Positions 26,446-37,614 of a DNA stretch of 64,000 bases are shown piece after piece. The notes beneath the pieces are model-generated. The model worked only from the letters and a program-made list of their open reading frames with translations. It did no database searches and was not told where the DNA came from. The stretch lies in the NCBI GenBank assembly GCA_964385425.1, contig CAYLOQ010000001.1, positions 1,411 to 65,410 of the forward strand, read 5' to 3'. A program made the position numbers and the translations under genes. Each line of letters begins with the position of its first letter. Within the stretch, counting starts at the first letter, position 1. This DNA comes from Candidatus Woesearchaeota archaeon. GTDB lineage: Archaea > Nanobdellota > Nanobdellia > Pacearchaeales > GW2011-AR1.

Positions 26446-28236
26446 ATGAAGGGAACAAAAAATTTAGATAAAAGAGATAAACCAAAATACTCTAATTGGA
26501 AATTTGCTAAAGACCTTTGGCATTTTTATAGTAAGCACAAAAAGAAATTCATTCTATTCACCTTTCTGCTTGCTCTGGCCTCAACAACAGCAATAATTAC
26601 CCCATTAATCTTGGCAAAAATGATTGATCTCTTTATTACAGAGGGCACAGATCCCTCTGTCTTTTATTATTATATTCTAGCTCTTCTAGGGTTGCAAATC
26701 TTTTCATCAGTTACCAGATTACGGGCAAAGTATAATCTCACGGGAATTAGGGATAAAATACAACGTGATGCAAAAGTAGAATCATTCAATAAAATAATGC
26801 AAGCCAACATGCTCTGGCACGAAGAGTCTATGATTGGATCAAAAATCCAAAAACTCCATGAAGGGGAAAGGGCATTTGACAAATTCAACAATTTCTATAA
26901 CAATCAAGGAGTATCAATGGTTATTGGTTTTGTGGGTATTCTAGGAGTGTTTACCTTTTTTAGCATCAAATATCTCTTACTTGCACTACTATTTATTATA
27001 ACATATTTATTAGTTGAATACCAATTTAACAAACGAATCGCCCTTAAGACATACAATACAAATATTATAAGGGAAAAATCAACAGGAAAACAATTTGATA
27101 TTTCATCAAATATCTCTACAATCAAAGCTTTAGGAATAGAATCATTCTCGAGTAAAGAGATTTCCAAAATAGAAGAAAAATTACTTAGAAGCAAGAAAGA
27201 GAAAAGACAAATAAACAACACAAAATGGATTTCAATCCAATCAATCGCCGCTATCTTTTTTGCCCTGTTTTTATTTTTTGTTGGAAAAGATATTATCCAG
27301 GGGGCACTTACGGCAGGCTCTATTATAATATATGTTAGTTATCTTAACCAATTAAGGAGTATGCTTAATACAATCTCAAGCCAATCTGACAGCCTCATAG
27401 AAGCAAAATATGGTATCTACAGGATGATGGAAATATATAACCTTCACCCATCAAATGATGACCCTGGAGCCAAACCACTAAAATCTTGGAAAAAGATCAT
27501 AATAAAAAATTTGGGATTTAAATATAAAGATGAGCCAGTTTTAGAAAATCTTAATCTAACAATACATAGTGGAGAAAAAATAGGTATTGTTGGAAAATCG
27601 GGATGCGGAAAATCCACTTTTTTCAAATTACTATTAAAACTATATGTTCCAAAAAAAGGAAATATTTTCTTTGATTCAAAACCAATTAATAAAGTTAAGA
27701 GGGATTCAATTGTAGATAAAATCTCAATTGTCTTACAAGACACTGAAGTTTTCAACCTTTCACTAAAAGAAAATATAACAATCTCAAGAAACAGTAAATT
27801 TGATAAAAAACTCTATAAAAGAGCACTCGAAGTTTCTCAACTAGACAACTTCATAAAAAATCTAAAAGACCAAGATAAAACAATTATTGGAGAAAAAGGG
27901 TTCAGACTTTCAGGAGGACAAAGACAGAGACTCGGAATTGCAAGAGCCATATATAAAAACTCAGACATAATAATTTTTGACGAAGCAACCTCAAACCTTG
28001 ATTATGAGACTGAAAGGAGAATTCAAGGTTCATTAGACAAAATAAAAGGGAAGACCATTGTGGTGTCGGCTCATAGATTAACAACGCTTAAAAATATGGA
28101 CAAAATTCTCATCATGAAAAAAGGCAGAGTAATTGAACAAGGAACCTATGATGAACTCCTTAAAAAACAAGGGCACTTTTACAAACTCTTGAAACAACAA
28201 GGGGGTTGGAAAAAGAAAGCTGATTGGGGGGGTTAA
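26446..28236 (+). CDS. ABC exporter, fused permease/ATPase
   Basis: Six N-terminal TM helices, Walker A GKSGCGKST, signature LSGGQRQRLGIARA and Walker B IIIFDEATS. Confidence 0.9.
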   Translation: MKGTKNLDKRDKPKYSNWKFAKDLWHFYSKHKKKFILFTFLLALASTTAIITPLILAKMIDLFITEGTDPSVFYYYILALLGLQIFSSVTRLRAKYNLTGIRDKIQRDAKVESFNKIMQANMLWHEESMIGSKIQKLHEGERAFDKFNNFYNNQGVSMVIGFVGILGVFTFFSIKYLLLALLFIITYLLVEYQFNKRIALKTYNTNIIREKSTGKQFDISSNISTIKALGIESFSSKEISKIEEKLLRSKKEKRQINNTKWISIQSIAAIFFALFLFFVGKDIIQGALTAGSIIIYVSYLNQLRSMLNTISSQSDSLIEAKYGIYRMMEIYNLHPSNDDPGAKPLKSWKKIIIKNLGFKYKDEPVLENLNLTIHSGEKIGIVGKSGCGKSTFFKLLLKLYVPKKGNIFFDSKPINKVKRDSIVDKISIVLQDTEVFNLSLKENITISRNSKFDKKLYKRALEVSQLDNFIKNLKDQDKTIIGEKGFRLSGGQRQRLGIARAIYKNSDIIIFDEATSNLDYETERRIQGSLDKIKGKTIVVSAHRLTTLKNMDKILIMKKGRVIEQGTYDELLKKQGHFYKLLKQQGGWKKKADWGG

Positions 28237-28312
28237 TTATCTTCTATTAATTTCTAGCATGGGCGATTTCTATCACAGAAATGTTTAAAAACACAGAATT
28301 TGTGAGGTTTTT

Positions 28313-29383
28313 ATGGTGGTAATATTTAAAGGTCAAGAATCAACAAAGAATGTTGATGGAAAAGAAAAGAAAGTAATCCCTTTTGCTGGAACAGATAGGG
28401 ATGGAGAATTCTCACAAATGGGAGTTGGATTGATCTACCCTAATGAGAAAAGTGGTTCTGTTTGGGGTCTTGTATGTCCTCGTGATATTGTTGCCTCATA
28501 TAGGGGTATGAAAATTGCTGAAGAAGTTCCGCAATTTGGTCATGGAACTTTGGCAGCTTGTTGGTATGCGGGTAAGAGAGATGTTCACAATTCAGATCAA
28601 AAATATATTGATGATATTAACGAAATGATTGGAGCAGATAAAAGACAAGAAATTATTCGGGCTCCACTGCCTTCTTTTGATGATGCTATAAGACTTATGC
28701 AAGAAAAAGATATTGATTTTGATGCAGGTTACTTCTTAAAAGAAATTGAACAAGGAAGTCTATCAATCACACCTGTACTGGAACAAGTAATAAATGATTA
28801 TTCTGATCGGGTTTTACTTTTTAGAGATTTAGCAGGAAACTTTAAAAGAGCATACGAGGTATTAACAGAAAAACCAACAGGTTTGTTAGCAAAATTTAGA
28901 GGCAGAAAAATAAATGCTGAACATTTAGATTCTGCAAGAGCATACGTTACAATGGTCGAACAAATGTTACCTTCTTTTATACCCGAGGTTGAAAGACAAT
29001 ATGGTCTTCTTGTACAGAATATTGAAGGTACTAATATGGATTCGGCTCAATTTAGTGAACATTCAAGAGAATCTATTGAACCAGCAAGAACAAGAATTTA
29101 TGATAGCAAAATGAAATTCGATGAAGCAGCAGCTAAATTAAGACAAACTACTGCAAGTCAAATGTCTCCTGAAGAAAAATTTGTTGAATACCACACTGCA
29201 TTAGAAAATATGATGAAGGCAGCTTCAGAAATTTCAAGTGGATTTTCAACATTTGAAATCTATGCAAGAGGAGAACCTACTGAAGATGCATTCGGAGCAA
29301 CAAAGTCTCTAGCTGAAGGAACTGTAAGAGTGATTAATAGAGCTGCAAGAGAAAAAATGCAGGGTGCTTATGCATTAAGTTAA
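28313..29383 (+). CDS. Hypothetical protein
   Basis: 356-aa ORF with coding-like composition. I recognise no motif. Confidence 0.45.
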   Translation: MVVIFKGQESTKNVDGKEKKVIPFAGTDRDGEFSQMGVGLIYPNEKSGSVWGLVCPRDIVASYRGMKIAEEVPQFGHGTLAACWYAGKRDVHNSDQKYIDDINEMIGADKRQEIIRAPLPSFDDAIRLMQEKDIDFDAGYFLKEIEQGSLSITPVLEQVINDYSDRVLLFRDLAGNFKRAYEVLTEKPTGLLAKFRGRKINAEHLDSARAYVTMVEQMLPSFIPEVERQYGLLVQNIEGTNMDSAQFSEHSRESIEPARTRIYDSKMKFDEAAAKLRQTTASQMSPEEKFVEYHTALENMMKAASEISSGFSTFEIYARGEPTEDAFGATKSLAEGTVRVINRAAREKMQGAYALS

Positions 29384-29511
29384 TTAACCCCCCCTAATAT
29401 AGCACATCCATACAAAAAATTCTTTTCCTTTTATAGACACTAGAGACTTTATAGACTATGCTTAATATAACAACAAATTTATAAATCCCAACCTCTTAAT
29501 AAAAGCATAAA

Positions 29512-29706
29512 ATGGGTGCATTAAGTACTGTCCTGATAATTATTGGAATCCTAGCATTGTTAGAGAGCCTCATTGTTCTTTTATTTCCTAACTGGTCGAT
29601 AAGAATAGGAAGAAGATGGATAAAAAATAAGAAAAATGTAAAGAAAGCAGGATTAGTTGAACTTATCGTTGCAATTATCTTAATTTTAATCGGAATGAAT
29701 GTTTAG
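29512..29706 (+). CDS. Small membrane protein
   Basis: 64 aa with two hydrophobic helices around a basic loop. Confidence 0.3.
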   Translation: MGALSTVLIIIGILALLESLIVLLFPNWSIRIGRRWIKNKKNVKKAGLVELIVAIILILIGMNV

Positions 29707-29745
29707 AACAGCAAATTTTAAATAATGGTTATCTTATAATATTTT

Positions 29746-29943
29746 ATGGACATTAAAATTGTTTTAGAAGATCAAGAAGAAGGTGGGTTTACAGTGTATG
29801 CTCCTTCATTACCCGGGTGTATTTCACAAGGGGAGACTATAGAAGAATCTTTAAAAAATATTAAAGAGGCTATTGAATTATATTTGGATATCAACGCGGA
29901 AGAGATAAAAGGCAAGGGAAAAATTATGAATATAGAAATATGA
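29746..29943 (+). CDS. hicB: HicB-family antitoxin (UPF0150)
   Basis: EEGGFTVYAPSLPGCISQGETIEESLKNIKEAIELYL is the HicB N-domain. It overlaps the hicA start by 4 nt. Confidence 0.7.
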   Translation: MDIKIVLEDQEEGGFTVYAPSLPGCISQGETIEESLKNIKEAIELYLDINAEEIKGKGKIMNIEI

Positions 29944-30164
29944 AACTTCCCCAGATTTCTGGATTTAAACTTATAAAAATTCTTAATAAAGCTGGTTTCG
30001 GGGTGATGAGAAAAAAAGGAAGCCATGTTAGATTAGAAAAGATAACTGGTGGAAAAATAATAAAGTTAACAGTTCCTATGCATGATAGACTAAAGAAAGG
30101 AACCTTGTCAAGAATAATAAAAGATTCTAAATTAAGTGAAGAAGAATTTGAAAGATTATCGTAA
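29940..30164 (+). CDS. hicA: HicA-family mRNA interferase toxin
   Basis: KLIKILNKAGFGVMRKKGSHVRLEK...KLTVPMHDRLKKGTLSRIIK matches HicA/YcfA. Confidence 0.75.
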   Translation: MKLPQISGFKLIKILNKAGFGVMRKKGSHVRLEKITGGKIIKLTVPMHDRLKKGTLSRIIKDSKLSEEEFERLS

Positions 30165-30225
30165 TATAAGAAGTATTAAAAAACCTTCCAACAAACTTTA
30201 AAAACTCCCTGAAATAATAATTACC

Positions 30226-30804
30226 ATGTTTAAGATAAATATTGCGGATAAGAATGGAAAAACATTCAAGTTAGAACTCGAAACAGAGGAGCTCATGGGA
30301 AAAGCTCTCCATGACAAGATTGAGGGAAAAGAACTTCTTCCAGATCTTCAAGGTTATGAATTCGAAATTTCAGGAGCCAGTGATAAATCTGGATTTACTG
30401 TAATGAAAAACGTTCCAGGTATTGGGCTAAAAAGAGTTCTATTGACTTACGGGAAGGGGATGAAGAAGAGACCTAAAAGAGAAGGGAAAAAAAAGAGATC
30501 AAACCCAACTCCAAAAGGTTTAAGGCTAAGAAAAACAGTTCGTGGCCAAGTTATTTCTCCTGAAATCACTCAGATTAACCTAAAGATACTTAAGGCTGGA
30601 GCAAAAAGCCTCGCAGAAGTTTTCCCTGATCAAAACCAAGAAAGAGAACCCAAAGAAAATAGGGCATTGAAAAGAAAGAAAACACAGGAAGCACCAAAAG
30701 AAACCGAAGAAGAAAAACCAGAAGAAACCACAGGGAAAGAACCTAAACAAGAAGCTCCTATAGAACAAAAAACAGAAGAACAAAAATCTGTTGCAGAGAA
30801 TTAG
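30226..30804 (+). CDS. rps6e: Ribosomal protein S6e
   Basis: FKLELETEELMGK...GASDKSGFTVMKNVPG...KRPKREGKKKRSNPTPKGLRLRKTVRG matches the eS6 core. Confidence 0.85.
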   Translation: MFKINIADKNGKTFKLELETEELMGKALHDKIEGKELLPDLQGYEFEISGASDKSGFTVMKNVPGIGLKRVLLTYGKGMKKRPKREGKKKRSNPTPKGLRLRKTVRGQVISPEITQINLKILKAGAKSLAEVFPDQNQEREPKENRALKRKKTQEAPKETEEEKPEETTGKEPKQEAPIEQKTEEQKSVAEN

Positions 30805-30854
30805 CAAAAAAATCAAACCCAAACCTTAAAAAACTGCTTCTATTATCATATTTC

Positions 30855-32057
30855 ATGACAAAACTACCAGAAATTAACGTTGGTGTTGTAGGTCACATTG
30901 ACCATGGAAAAACCACGCTACTCAGAAGTCTGACAGGCAAATTCACGGATACTCATTCAGAAGAGCTGAAGAGGGGGATTACAATCAAACTAGGTTATAC
31001 AGAAATGTTAATCTATGAATGCGGGGAAAAATTCACAAACAAAGAAGAAATAGATGGAAAAGCCTGTGTTCCAGTAAGATACATCAGTTTCATAGACGCG
31101 CCAGGACACGAGATGCTCATGGCAACCATGCTTTCCGGAGCTGCAATCATCGACGCTGCAATACTCGTAATTGCTGCAAATGAAGGAATAAAACCACAAA
31201 CTAGAGAGCATTTCATAGCGCTTCAAGCAAAGAAGATAAAAAATATAATTGTTGTTCAAAATAAGATAGACCTCACGAGCAAAGAACAGGCCCTTAAAAA
31301 TTACGAAGAAATTAAAGAATTTCTAAAAAATACAATAGCGGAAAATTCCCCCATAATCCCAATATCTGCACAGCAAGGAATAAATATTGATGCATTAATA
31401 GAAGAGCTTGCAAAATTAAAAATTCCAGAAAGAGAAATAACTGAAAAGCCAATTTTCTTAGTAGCTCGAAGTTTTGATATAAATAGACCTGGAACAACTA
31501 TTGATAAATTAAAAGGCGGTGTGCTCGGAGGAATCTTAAAAAAGGGTAAACTGAAATTAGGGGACGAGATAGAGATAAAACCAGGATTAAATGTCAAAAA
31601 ACCACATGGAGAAATGAGTTACCAAACACTAAATACAAAAATTATTTCTCTGCATAGAGGAAAAGAATCTGTAAAAGAAGTTTCTCCAGGAGTTAGCATC
31701 TCTATTGAAACCTCTCTGGATCCTTTTTTAGCAAAAACAGATTCTTTAACAGGCTGCCTAGTCTCTCTTAAAGGAAATCTTCCTGAAATAAGCTATAAGA
31801 TAAAGATAAAATCAAGGCTTTTTGAAGAGGTATTGGGAATTGGGGAACACAGAAAAGTTGATCCCATAAAGATAAGAGAAATCCTGATGTTGAGCATCAA
31901 TACAACAATAACAGTGGGAACTGTGGAGAAAATATCAAAAGACGAGATTGAACTTTCTTTAAATATTCCTGTTCTTGCATTAAAAGGTGATAACCTAGGA
32001 ATTGCCAGAAATATTGAAGGACATTGGAGATTAATTGGGTGGGGGGAAGTTTTATAA
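30855..32057 (+). CDS. eif2g: Translation initiation factor aIF2 gamma subunit
   Basis: INVGVVGHIDHGKTTL, DAPGH, NKIDL and the zinc-knuckle region. 400 aa. Confidence 0.9.
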   Translation: MTKLPEINVGVVGHIDHGKTTLLRSLTGKFTDTHSEELKRGITIKLGYTEMLIYECGEKFTNKEEIDGKACVPVRYISFIDAPGHEMLMATMLSGAAIIDAAILVIAANEGIKPQTREHFIALQAKKIKNIIVVQNKIDLTSKEQALKNYEEIKEFLKNTIAENSPIIPISAQQGINIDALIEELAKLKIPEREITEKPIFLVARSFDINRPGTTIDKLKGGVLGGILKKGKLKLGDEIEIKPGLNVKKPHGEMSYQTLNTKIISLHRGKESVKEVSPGVSISIETSLDPFLAKTDSLTGCLVSLKGNLPEISYKIKIKSRLFEEVLGIGEHRKVDPIKIREILMLSINTTITVGTVEKISKDEIELSLNIPVLALKGDNLGIARNIEGHWRLIGWGEVL

Positions 32058-32079
32058 ATAAACCTTCATAATATAAAAA

Positions 32080-33666
32080 ATGCAAAAAGGCATATTAATT
32101 ATTTTTTTAGCTCTTTTAATATTTGGAATTGCATTTAATTCTCCGATTCTTATAGCAGATGATGAGGATAATTCAAAAAACAAAAAGGTGATTGAGCTTT
32201 CAAGCCATGACAATTCTGGTTCAGGAAGTTCAGATGGTGATTCTGATAGTTCTGGCCCTAGCGATTCCGATGATGATTCTGATGACAAAAATGAGGATGA
32301 TGAAGAAAAAACCAGGGAAAGAACAAGAGAGAGAATAAGAGAAAGAGATGGTGAGGTTGAAATAGAATCCAGAAAAGAAATAAGAACTGCAGATGGAAGA
32401 TTGATAAAAGTCGAAAGAAAAATAAGAATAAGAGATGGTGAGGTTGAAATTAGAACCAAATTAAAAGTTGAGGGAAAAGGTTCAAACCTGTCTGTTGTGG
32501 ATTCTGATGGAGAAAGGCATAGAATAAGGGTAACTCCTGAAAGGCTAAGAATATTAATGAGGGAAAGATTAGGGGCAGATAACGTAACTGGTTTTTCTCT
32601 GGATGAAGTAGAACACAAAAACATCCCAAGGATTGTTTACAAGGTTAACTCAGAGCACCCTGGAAGATTTTTAGGAATATTTAAACTTTCGATGAAAGCC
32701 GAAACCCTTGTTGACCCAGAAACAGGAGAAATTATAAGTGTAAATGTGCCCTGGTGGGCTTTCCTGATAACAGGAGAAGGAATTGCTGATTCAGATGAAA
32801 TAATAGGGAATGAGACTCTGGAAGAAGAAGTAGTTGCAAATGATGAGGAGCTTGAGGATGAATTCGGGGATATTGAGATAGATGAAGAATTAGAAATAAA
32901 AGCTGAAACATTTAACGGAGTTTCCGAAATTAAAATAGAACTTGAATTTGATACCGAAACAAAAAACACAGACAGTATTGTCATGGAAGTTTTAAGCAAA
33001 CTATCATTAAGTTCAGAAGAAATAGATGGTTTTCTTGAAATGAAAGTAAGTGATGAGCCCATAGAGAACAAAGAAAAATTGGAATTTGAAATAGAATTTG
33101 AAGACGGGACAACGGAGGTTGAATTTGAATGGAAATTCTTTTTTGATAATGATAACAGAGAAGAAATAGTCAATGTAATATCAGAAAAACTTTCTTCTCT
33201 TACAGAAGAAACGATTAACAACGTTCTGGTTATAAAAGAAGAAATAGAAAGCGCGGAGGAGGATTTGTGTGAAGTTTTCTCTGATGTGAAATTTAAATCA
33301 ACTGAACAATATGAAGGGGGTCTTGGTTCAGATGGAATAGTACTTGGGTATTGGTTTGTAAGTTTTTCAAATGATGAAGTGCAATGGTCTTATTCGGATG
33401 TTGCAGAGGTTGGCTCTTTTACTTGTGACAGAGGGGAAATAGAGGCGGATCTCAATGGTTTCAATGGTTTGATGGTTGAGGGGGAATACGATGCAAACCG
33501 AAAGGTTTTGTTCTGGGATGGAATTGAATACAAAATTGTAGATGATAATTCTGAAGAAGATAACGAGACAATAGAATGTCCTGATGCTCCAACATGTTCT
33601 ACAGGAACAACATTAATAACTGGAGATCCTCAGAGTGGAAATTGTCCTGTATATTCCTGTATATAG
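32080..33666 (+). CDS. Secreted highly acidic protein with a Cys-rich C-terminus
   Basis: Signal/anchor MQKGILIIFLALLIFGIAF, then long D/E/S-rich low-complexity stretches. The C-terminal motif is CPDAPTCSTG...GNCPVYSC. Confidence 0.5.
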   Translation: MQKGILIIFLALLIFGIAFNSPILIADDEDNSKNKKVIELSSHDNSGSGSSDGDSDSSGPSDSDDDSDDKNEDDEEKTRERTRERIRERDGEVEIESRKEIRTADGRLIKVERKIRIRDGEVEIRTKLKVEGKGSNLSVVDSDGERHRIRVTPERLRILMRERLGADNVTGFSLDEVEHKNIPRIVYKVNSEHPGRFLGIFKLSMKAETLVDPETGEIISVNVPWWAFLITGEGIADSDEIIGNETLEEEVVANDEELEDEFGDIEIDEELEIKAETFNGVSEIKIELEFDTETKNTDSIVMEVLSKLSLSSEEIDGFLEMKVSDEPIENKEKLEFEIEFEDGTTEVEFEWKFFFDNDNREEIVNVISEKLSSLTEETINNVLVIKEEIESAEEDLCEVFSDVKFKSTEQYEGGLGSDGIVLGYWFVSFSNDEVQWSYSDVAEVGSFTCDRGEIEADLNGFNGLMVEGEYDANRKVLFWDGIEYKIVDDNSEEDNETIECPDAPTCSTGTTLITGDPQSGNCPVYSCI

Positions 33667-33747
33667 AGGTATATCAGTAGCCGAGACTAACGCAACTGCT
33701 TGAGAATTCTTATCAAATTTTATAAAGGGTTTTTCTTTTTCAATTGA

Positions 33748-34548
33748 ATGAAAATATATTCTCATTCAAAGTTAAGTATGTTTGAGCAATGCAAGCTTAA
33801 ATATAAATTCAAATACATAGATAAAATAATTCCCGAGATTGAAAGAAGCATTGAGGTCCACCTCGGAGATTCTGTTCACAAAGCTCTCGAATGGCTCTAC
33901 AGCCAAGTAAAGCAAAAAAAGATACCTCCTATCGATGAGTTTATTTCTCGTTATGGAAGAATCTGGGAAGAAAATTATAGGCCAGAAATGGTGATTGTTA
34001 AGAAAAATATAACTCCTGGAGATTATTTTAACCAAGGAATTAAATTTCTCGTTGAATACTACTTATCAAACAAACCTTTTGAGGACAATACAATAGAAAT
34101 TGAAAAAAGGATAATCATAAATCTAGACGGCTCTGAAAAATACAGGATCCAAGGATTTATAGACAGAATTGTCCACAATCTTGATAATGGCGAATATGAA
34201 ATCCATGACTATAAAACAAGTAATTCTCTTCCCTTTAAAGAAAAAATAGACAACGACAGACAACTCGCTTTATATGCAATTGCAATAAAAGAGCTATTTG
34301 GAAAAGACAAGGAAGTTTCTCTGATTTGGCACTATCTGGCACACAATAAAAGGCTTATTTCCAAAAGAACAAATGAACAGCTAGAAAACCTGAAAGAAGA
34401 AACGATAGAACTCATAAAAGAAATTGAAAGAACAACAGAATTCCCCCCAAACAAGGGTCCTTTGTGTAATTGGTGTCAATACAAAGATATTTGTCCTGCC
34501 TGGGTTGGGAGACCGCCAGTACAAAAGAATTTAAAAGAATTTGATTAA
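33748..34548 (+). CDS. Cas4/RecB-like PD-(D/E)xK nuclease with a 4Cys cluster (standalone)
   Basis: N-terminal Cys (EQCKLKY), GFIDRIV...EIHDYKTS in the D-x(n)-(D/E)xK arrangement, a conserved QxxxY, and C-terminal [10 protein letters not shown]. No CRISPR or cas genes are nearby. Confidence 0.6.
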   Translation: MKIYSHSKLSMFEQCKLKYKFKYIDKIIPEIERSIEVHLGDSVHKALEWLYSQVKQKKIPPIDEFISRYGRIWEENYRPEMVIVKKNITPGDYFNQGIKFLVEYYLSNKPFEDNTIEIEKRIIINLDGSEKYRIQGFIDRIVHNLDNGEYEIHDYKTSNSLPFKEKIDNDRQLALYAIAIKELFGKDKEVSLIWHYLAHNKRLISKRTNEQLENLKEETIELIKEIERTTEFPPNKGPLCNWCQYKDICPAWVGRPPVQKNLKEFD

Positions 34549-36977
34549 TTCTCTTCTCCGTTAGCTTCTTGAACCTTGATTAAATCAGTAACAGTGTCGC
34601 CTTCCTGTAACTTAACAATTCTGACTCCTTGGGTAGCTCTTCCCATGACCCTTATATTCTTAAGAGAAGTTCTTATTACCATTCCTTTAGCAGTCGTGAT
34701 TATTATACCATCTTCAGGATTAACAGAAACTGTTGTTATAACATCTCCAGTCTTTTGAGTAACTTTTAGATTAATAACACCCTTACCAGCTCTCGCTGTC
34801 TTTCTATAATCCTTGACAGCAGTTCTCTTCCCATATCCGTTTTTTGTTATCGTAAGTATCGCCTGAGTTCTCAAAACTTCAAGACCCACAACAACATCTT
34901 CTTTTCTCATTTTTATTCCTGTAACCCCATAACTAGCCCTTCCCATTTCTCTGACATCCTTGCTATTGAATCTTATTGCCTGCCCCTTCTTTGTGGCTAG
35001 AAGAACTTCTTCTCCTTTTTTCACAACATGCACACCAATCAAAATATCTGAATTGTCTGCAGGAAGATTGATTGCTCTTACCCCAGAAGCCCTTGGTTTT
35101 GAAAAATTGTTCAGAGATATTTTCTTAACTATTCCTTTCTTCGTGGCCATAAAAAGAGCATCTTCAAAATTATTTACAGAAATAACACTCGTAACTCTCT
35201 CGTCTTTTAGATTCAGTAGATTAATCATCGCCTTTCCTTTACTGTATCTCTCTGCCTCTGGAATATCATAAGCCTTCAACCATAAAACCCTCCCTCTGGT
35301 TGTAAAGAACATTAAATAATCATGAGTCGAACAAGTTATCAGTTGCTTTACAAAATCCCCTGTTGCTAGATTGCTTCCTATGACCCCTCTTCCACCCCTT
35401 CTCTGTTCTCTGTAAGTCTTCACATCCATTCGCTTGCAATAACCCTTTTCTGTTATCGTAACAATCACTTCTTTCTTCTGTACTATATCTTTCTCCGAGA
35501 TCTCTGCAAGCCTCTGTAAAACATATGTTCTCCTGTTATCTCCATATTTATTCTTTAACTCGTTAACTTCCTTCACAATGATTTTTAGAATTTCTTTTAT
35601 GTCTCCTAAAATCTTCTCAAATTCAGAAATCTTTTCTTTCAAATCCTTATATTCTTTCTTGAGTTTATCCTGTTCCAGAGAAGTGAGCTGTTGGAGTTTT
35701 GTTTCCAAAACAGCCTGAGCCTGTTTCCTTGTGAGTCTGAATTTTTTAACTAAATTCTCCAAGGCTTCTGTTGTTGCCTTTGATTTCTTAATCGTTGTGA
35801 TAACAGCATCGATATTTTTCAGAGCAATCAAAAGACCCTCAACAATTTCTAATCTTTCTTTTGCTTTCTTTAACTCAAATCCAACTCTATTGGCTATTAT
35901 TTTTTTCCTATAATCTACATAATTTTCAACAACATCTTTAAGATTCAAAATTTTTGGTTGTCCCTTAACCAATGCCAGGAAATTAACATTGAAGTAATCC
36001 TGGAGTCTGGTGTATTTGAAAAGAGCATTAGTCACAAATTTAGAATTGGTTCCTTTTCTCATCTCGATAACTATCCTTATCTTTCCTTTAGAAGATTCAT
36101 CCCTCAAATCAGAAATATCTCTGAGCTTCTTTTTCTGGATTAAATCAGCAATCTGTGTCATCAAGGAAGATTTGTTCAGCATATAAGGAATCTCTGTAAT
36201 AACAATCGCTTCTTTCTTTCTACTCATCTCTGTAGTTGTTCTTCCTCTGAGAGTCATTCTTCCTCTCCCTGTTTTATAGAGTTCAAGCATATCTCCAAAG
36301 ACCATTCCTCCCGTAGGAAAATCAGGACCAGTCACAATCTTAGCGAGCTCTTCTATGGTCATTTTTGGTTTCTTAATATAAGCAATAATTGCGTTACAAA
36401 CTTCTGTCAGATTGTGTGGTGGAATATTTGTCGCCATTCCAACAGCGATACCAGAAGCTCCGTTCAACATCAATGTAGGAAGTTTCCCTGGAAGAAGTTC
36501 TGGCTCTTTCACACTTCCATCATAATTAGGAACAAACTTAACTGTTTCTTTGTCTATGTCTTGAAGAAGTTCCATTGAAATACTTTTCAGTTTTGCCTCA
36601 GTATACCTCATGGCTGCTGCACTGTCCCCATCAACACTCCCGAAATTACCCTGACCAAAGACGAGAGGATACCTTAACGAAAAATCTTGAGTCATTCTAA
36701 CCATAGCCTCATAAATAGAATTATCTCCGTGAGGATGATACTTACCCATAACATCTCCAACCACTCGTGCAGATTTTTTAGTTTGGGTATTTGGTTTCAA
36801 CCCCATTTGATGCATTGCATAAAGAATTCTTCTTTGAACAGGTTTTAATCCATCTTCTATAGAGGGTAATGCTCTCGATACAATGACAGACATGGCATAG
36901 TCCAGATATGCCTTCTTCATTTCCCCTGATATTTCTGTGTTCAAAACATTCTTGTTGTTATTATTTTCTTCTGTCAT
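34545..36977 (-). CDS. gyrA: DNA gyrase subunit A
   Basis: [13 protein letters not shown], the active-site region, and C-terminal beta-pinwheel repeats. 810 aa. Confidence 0.92.
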   Translation of the reverse strand: MTEENNNNKNVLNTEISGEMKKAYLDYAMSVIVSRALPSIEDGLKPVQRRILYAMHQMGLKPNTQTKKSARVVGDVMGKYHPHGDNSIYEAMVRMTQDFSLRYPLVFGQGNFGSVDGDSAAAMRYTEAKLKSISMELLQDIDKETVKFVPNYDGSVKEPELLPGKLPTLMLNGASGIAVGMATNIPPHNLTEVCNAIIAYIKKPKMTIEELAKIVTGPDFPTGGMVFGDMLELYKTGRGRMTLRGRTTTEMSRKKEAIVITEIPYMLNKSSLMTQIADLIQKKKLRDISDLRDESSKGKIRIVIEMRKGTNSKFVTNALFKYTRLQDYFNVNFLALVKGQPKILNLKDVVENYVDYRKKIIANRVGFELKKAKERLEIVEGLLIALKNIDAVITTIKKSKATTEALENLVKKFRLTRKQAQAVLETKLQQLTSLEQDKLKKEYKDLKEKISEFEKILGDIKEILKIIVKEVNELKNKYGDNRRTYVLQRLAEISEKDIVQKKEVIVTITEKGYCKRMDVKTYREQRRGGRGVIGSNLATGDFVKQLITCSTHDYLMFFTTRGRVLWLKAYDIPEAERYSKGKAMINLLNLKDERVTSVISVNNFEDALFMATKKGIVKKISLNNFSKPRASGVRAINLPADNSDILIGVHVVKKGEEVLLATKKGQAIRFNSKDVREMGRASYGVTGIKMRKEDVVVGLEVLRTQAILTITKNGYGKRTAVKDYRKTARAGKGVINLKVTQKTGDVITTVSVNPEDGIIITTAKGMVIRTSLKNIRVMGRATQGVRIVKLQEGDTVTDLIKVQEANGEEN

Positions 36978-37384
36978 TTTATTAAGCTTAAATCTCCATT
37001 TATTATTGTGGGATTAAATCCCTCAATTTCATCTCTTAAAATATTATCTGGAATTTGATTATACAAAAAAATCTTTTTTCCAAATTTATATGCTTCATAC
37101 ATCTCTAAAAAAGTTGCTCCACCAACATAGTTTAGATTTTTCTTTTTTTCAAAGTTTAAAACTAAAATTCCTTCATTATCTCTCACTTTTTGAGCAGCTT
37201 CCACAAAAGCTTTTTGTTTCCAATCAGCATGTTTTTCTTTTCCCTGTTGCTTAAATTTAAACTCGGCAAAAGGTTCGTCAAAACTAACAGGTAAGGTAAT
37301 CTTGTGTCCTACTTTTTCAAGTTTAGATTTTATTTCTTCAATTTTTTCATAAAAGTGTTTGCTTCCAACAATAAAAATTTTCAT
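36974..37384 (-). CDS. Nucleoside 2-deoxyribosyltransferase-like (flavodoxin-like fold) protein
   Basis: MKIFIVGS... N-terminus and overall pattern resemble the NDT-like family. This call is weak. It overlaps the gyrA start. Confidence 0.35.
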   Translation of the reverse strand: MKIFIVGSKHFYEKIEEIKSKLEKVGHKITLPVSFDEPFAEFKFKQQGKEKHADWKQKAFVEAAQKVRDNEGILVLNFEKKKNLNYVGGATFLEMYEAYKFGKKIFLYNQIPDNILRDEIEGFNPTIINGDLSLIK

Positions 37385-37614
37385 TCTTCTACCTCCTTTT
37401 CTTCTTCCCCTTCTTCATCGTCATAATTTATCAATAATTCATTGTCGTCATCGACTTCAAAATCAAAACTTGTTTTTGTGTGTTTCAATTCAACGAGTTT
37501 AGCAATGAGTTCGTTAATCTCATCTTCATATAACGAGAATTCAAAAACTTCTACTTCTTTTTCTTCTTCAGACTCTGAAGTTTCTTTATTTAAATTTTGA
37601 TTTTCTTCTGTCAT
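37381..37614 (-). CDS. Small acidic protein
   Basis: 77 aa, E/D-rich, translationally coupled to neighbours. Confidence 0.3.
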   Translation of the reverse strand: MTEENQNLNKETSESEEEKEVEVFEFSLYEDEINELIAKLVELKHTKTSFDFEVDDDNELLINYDDEEGEEEKEVEE

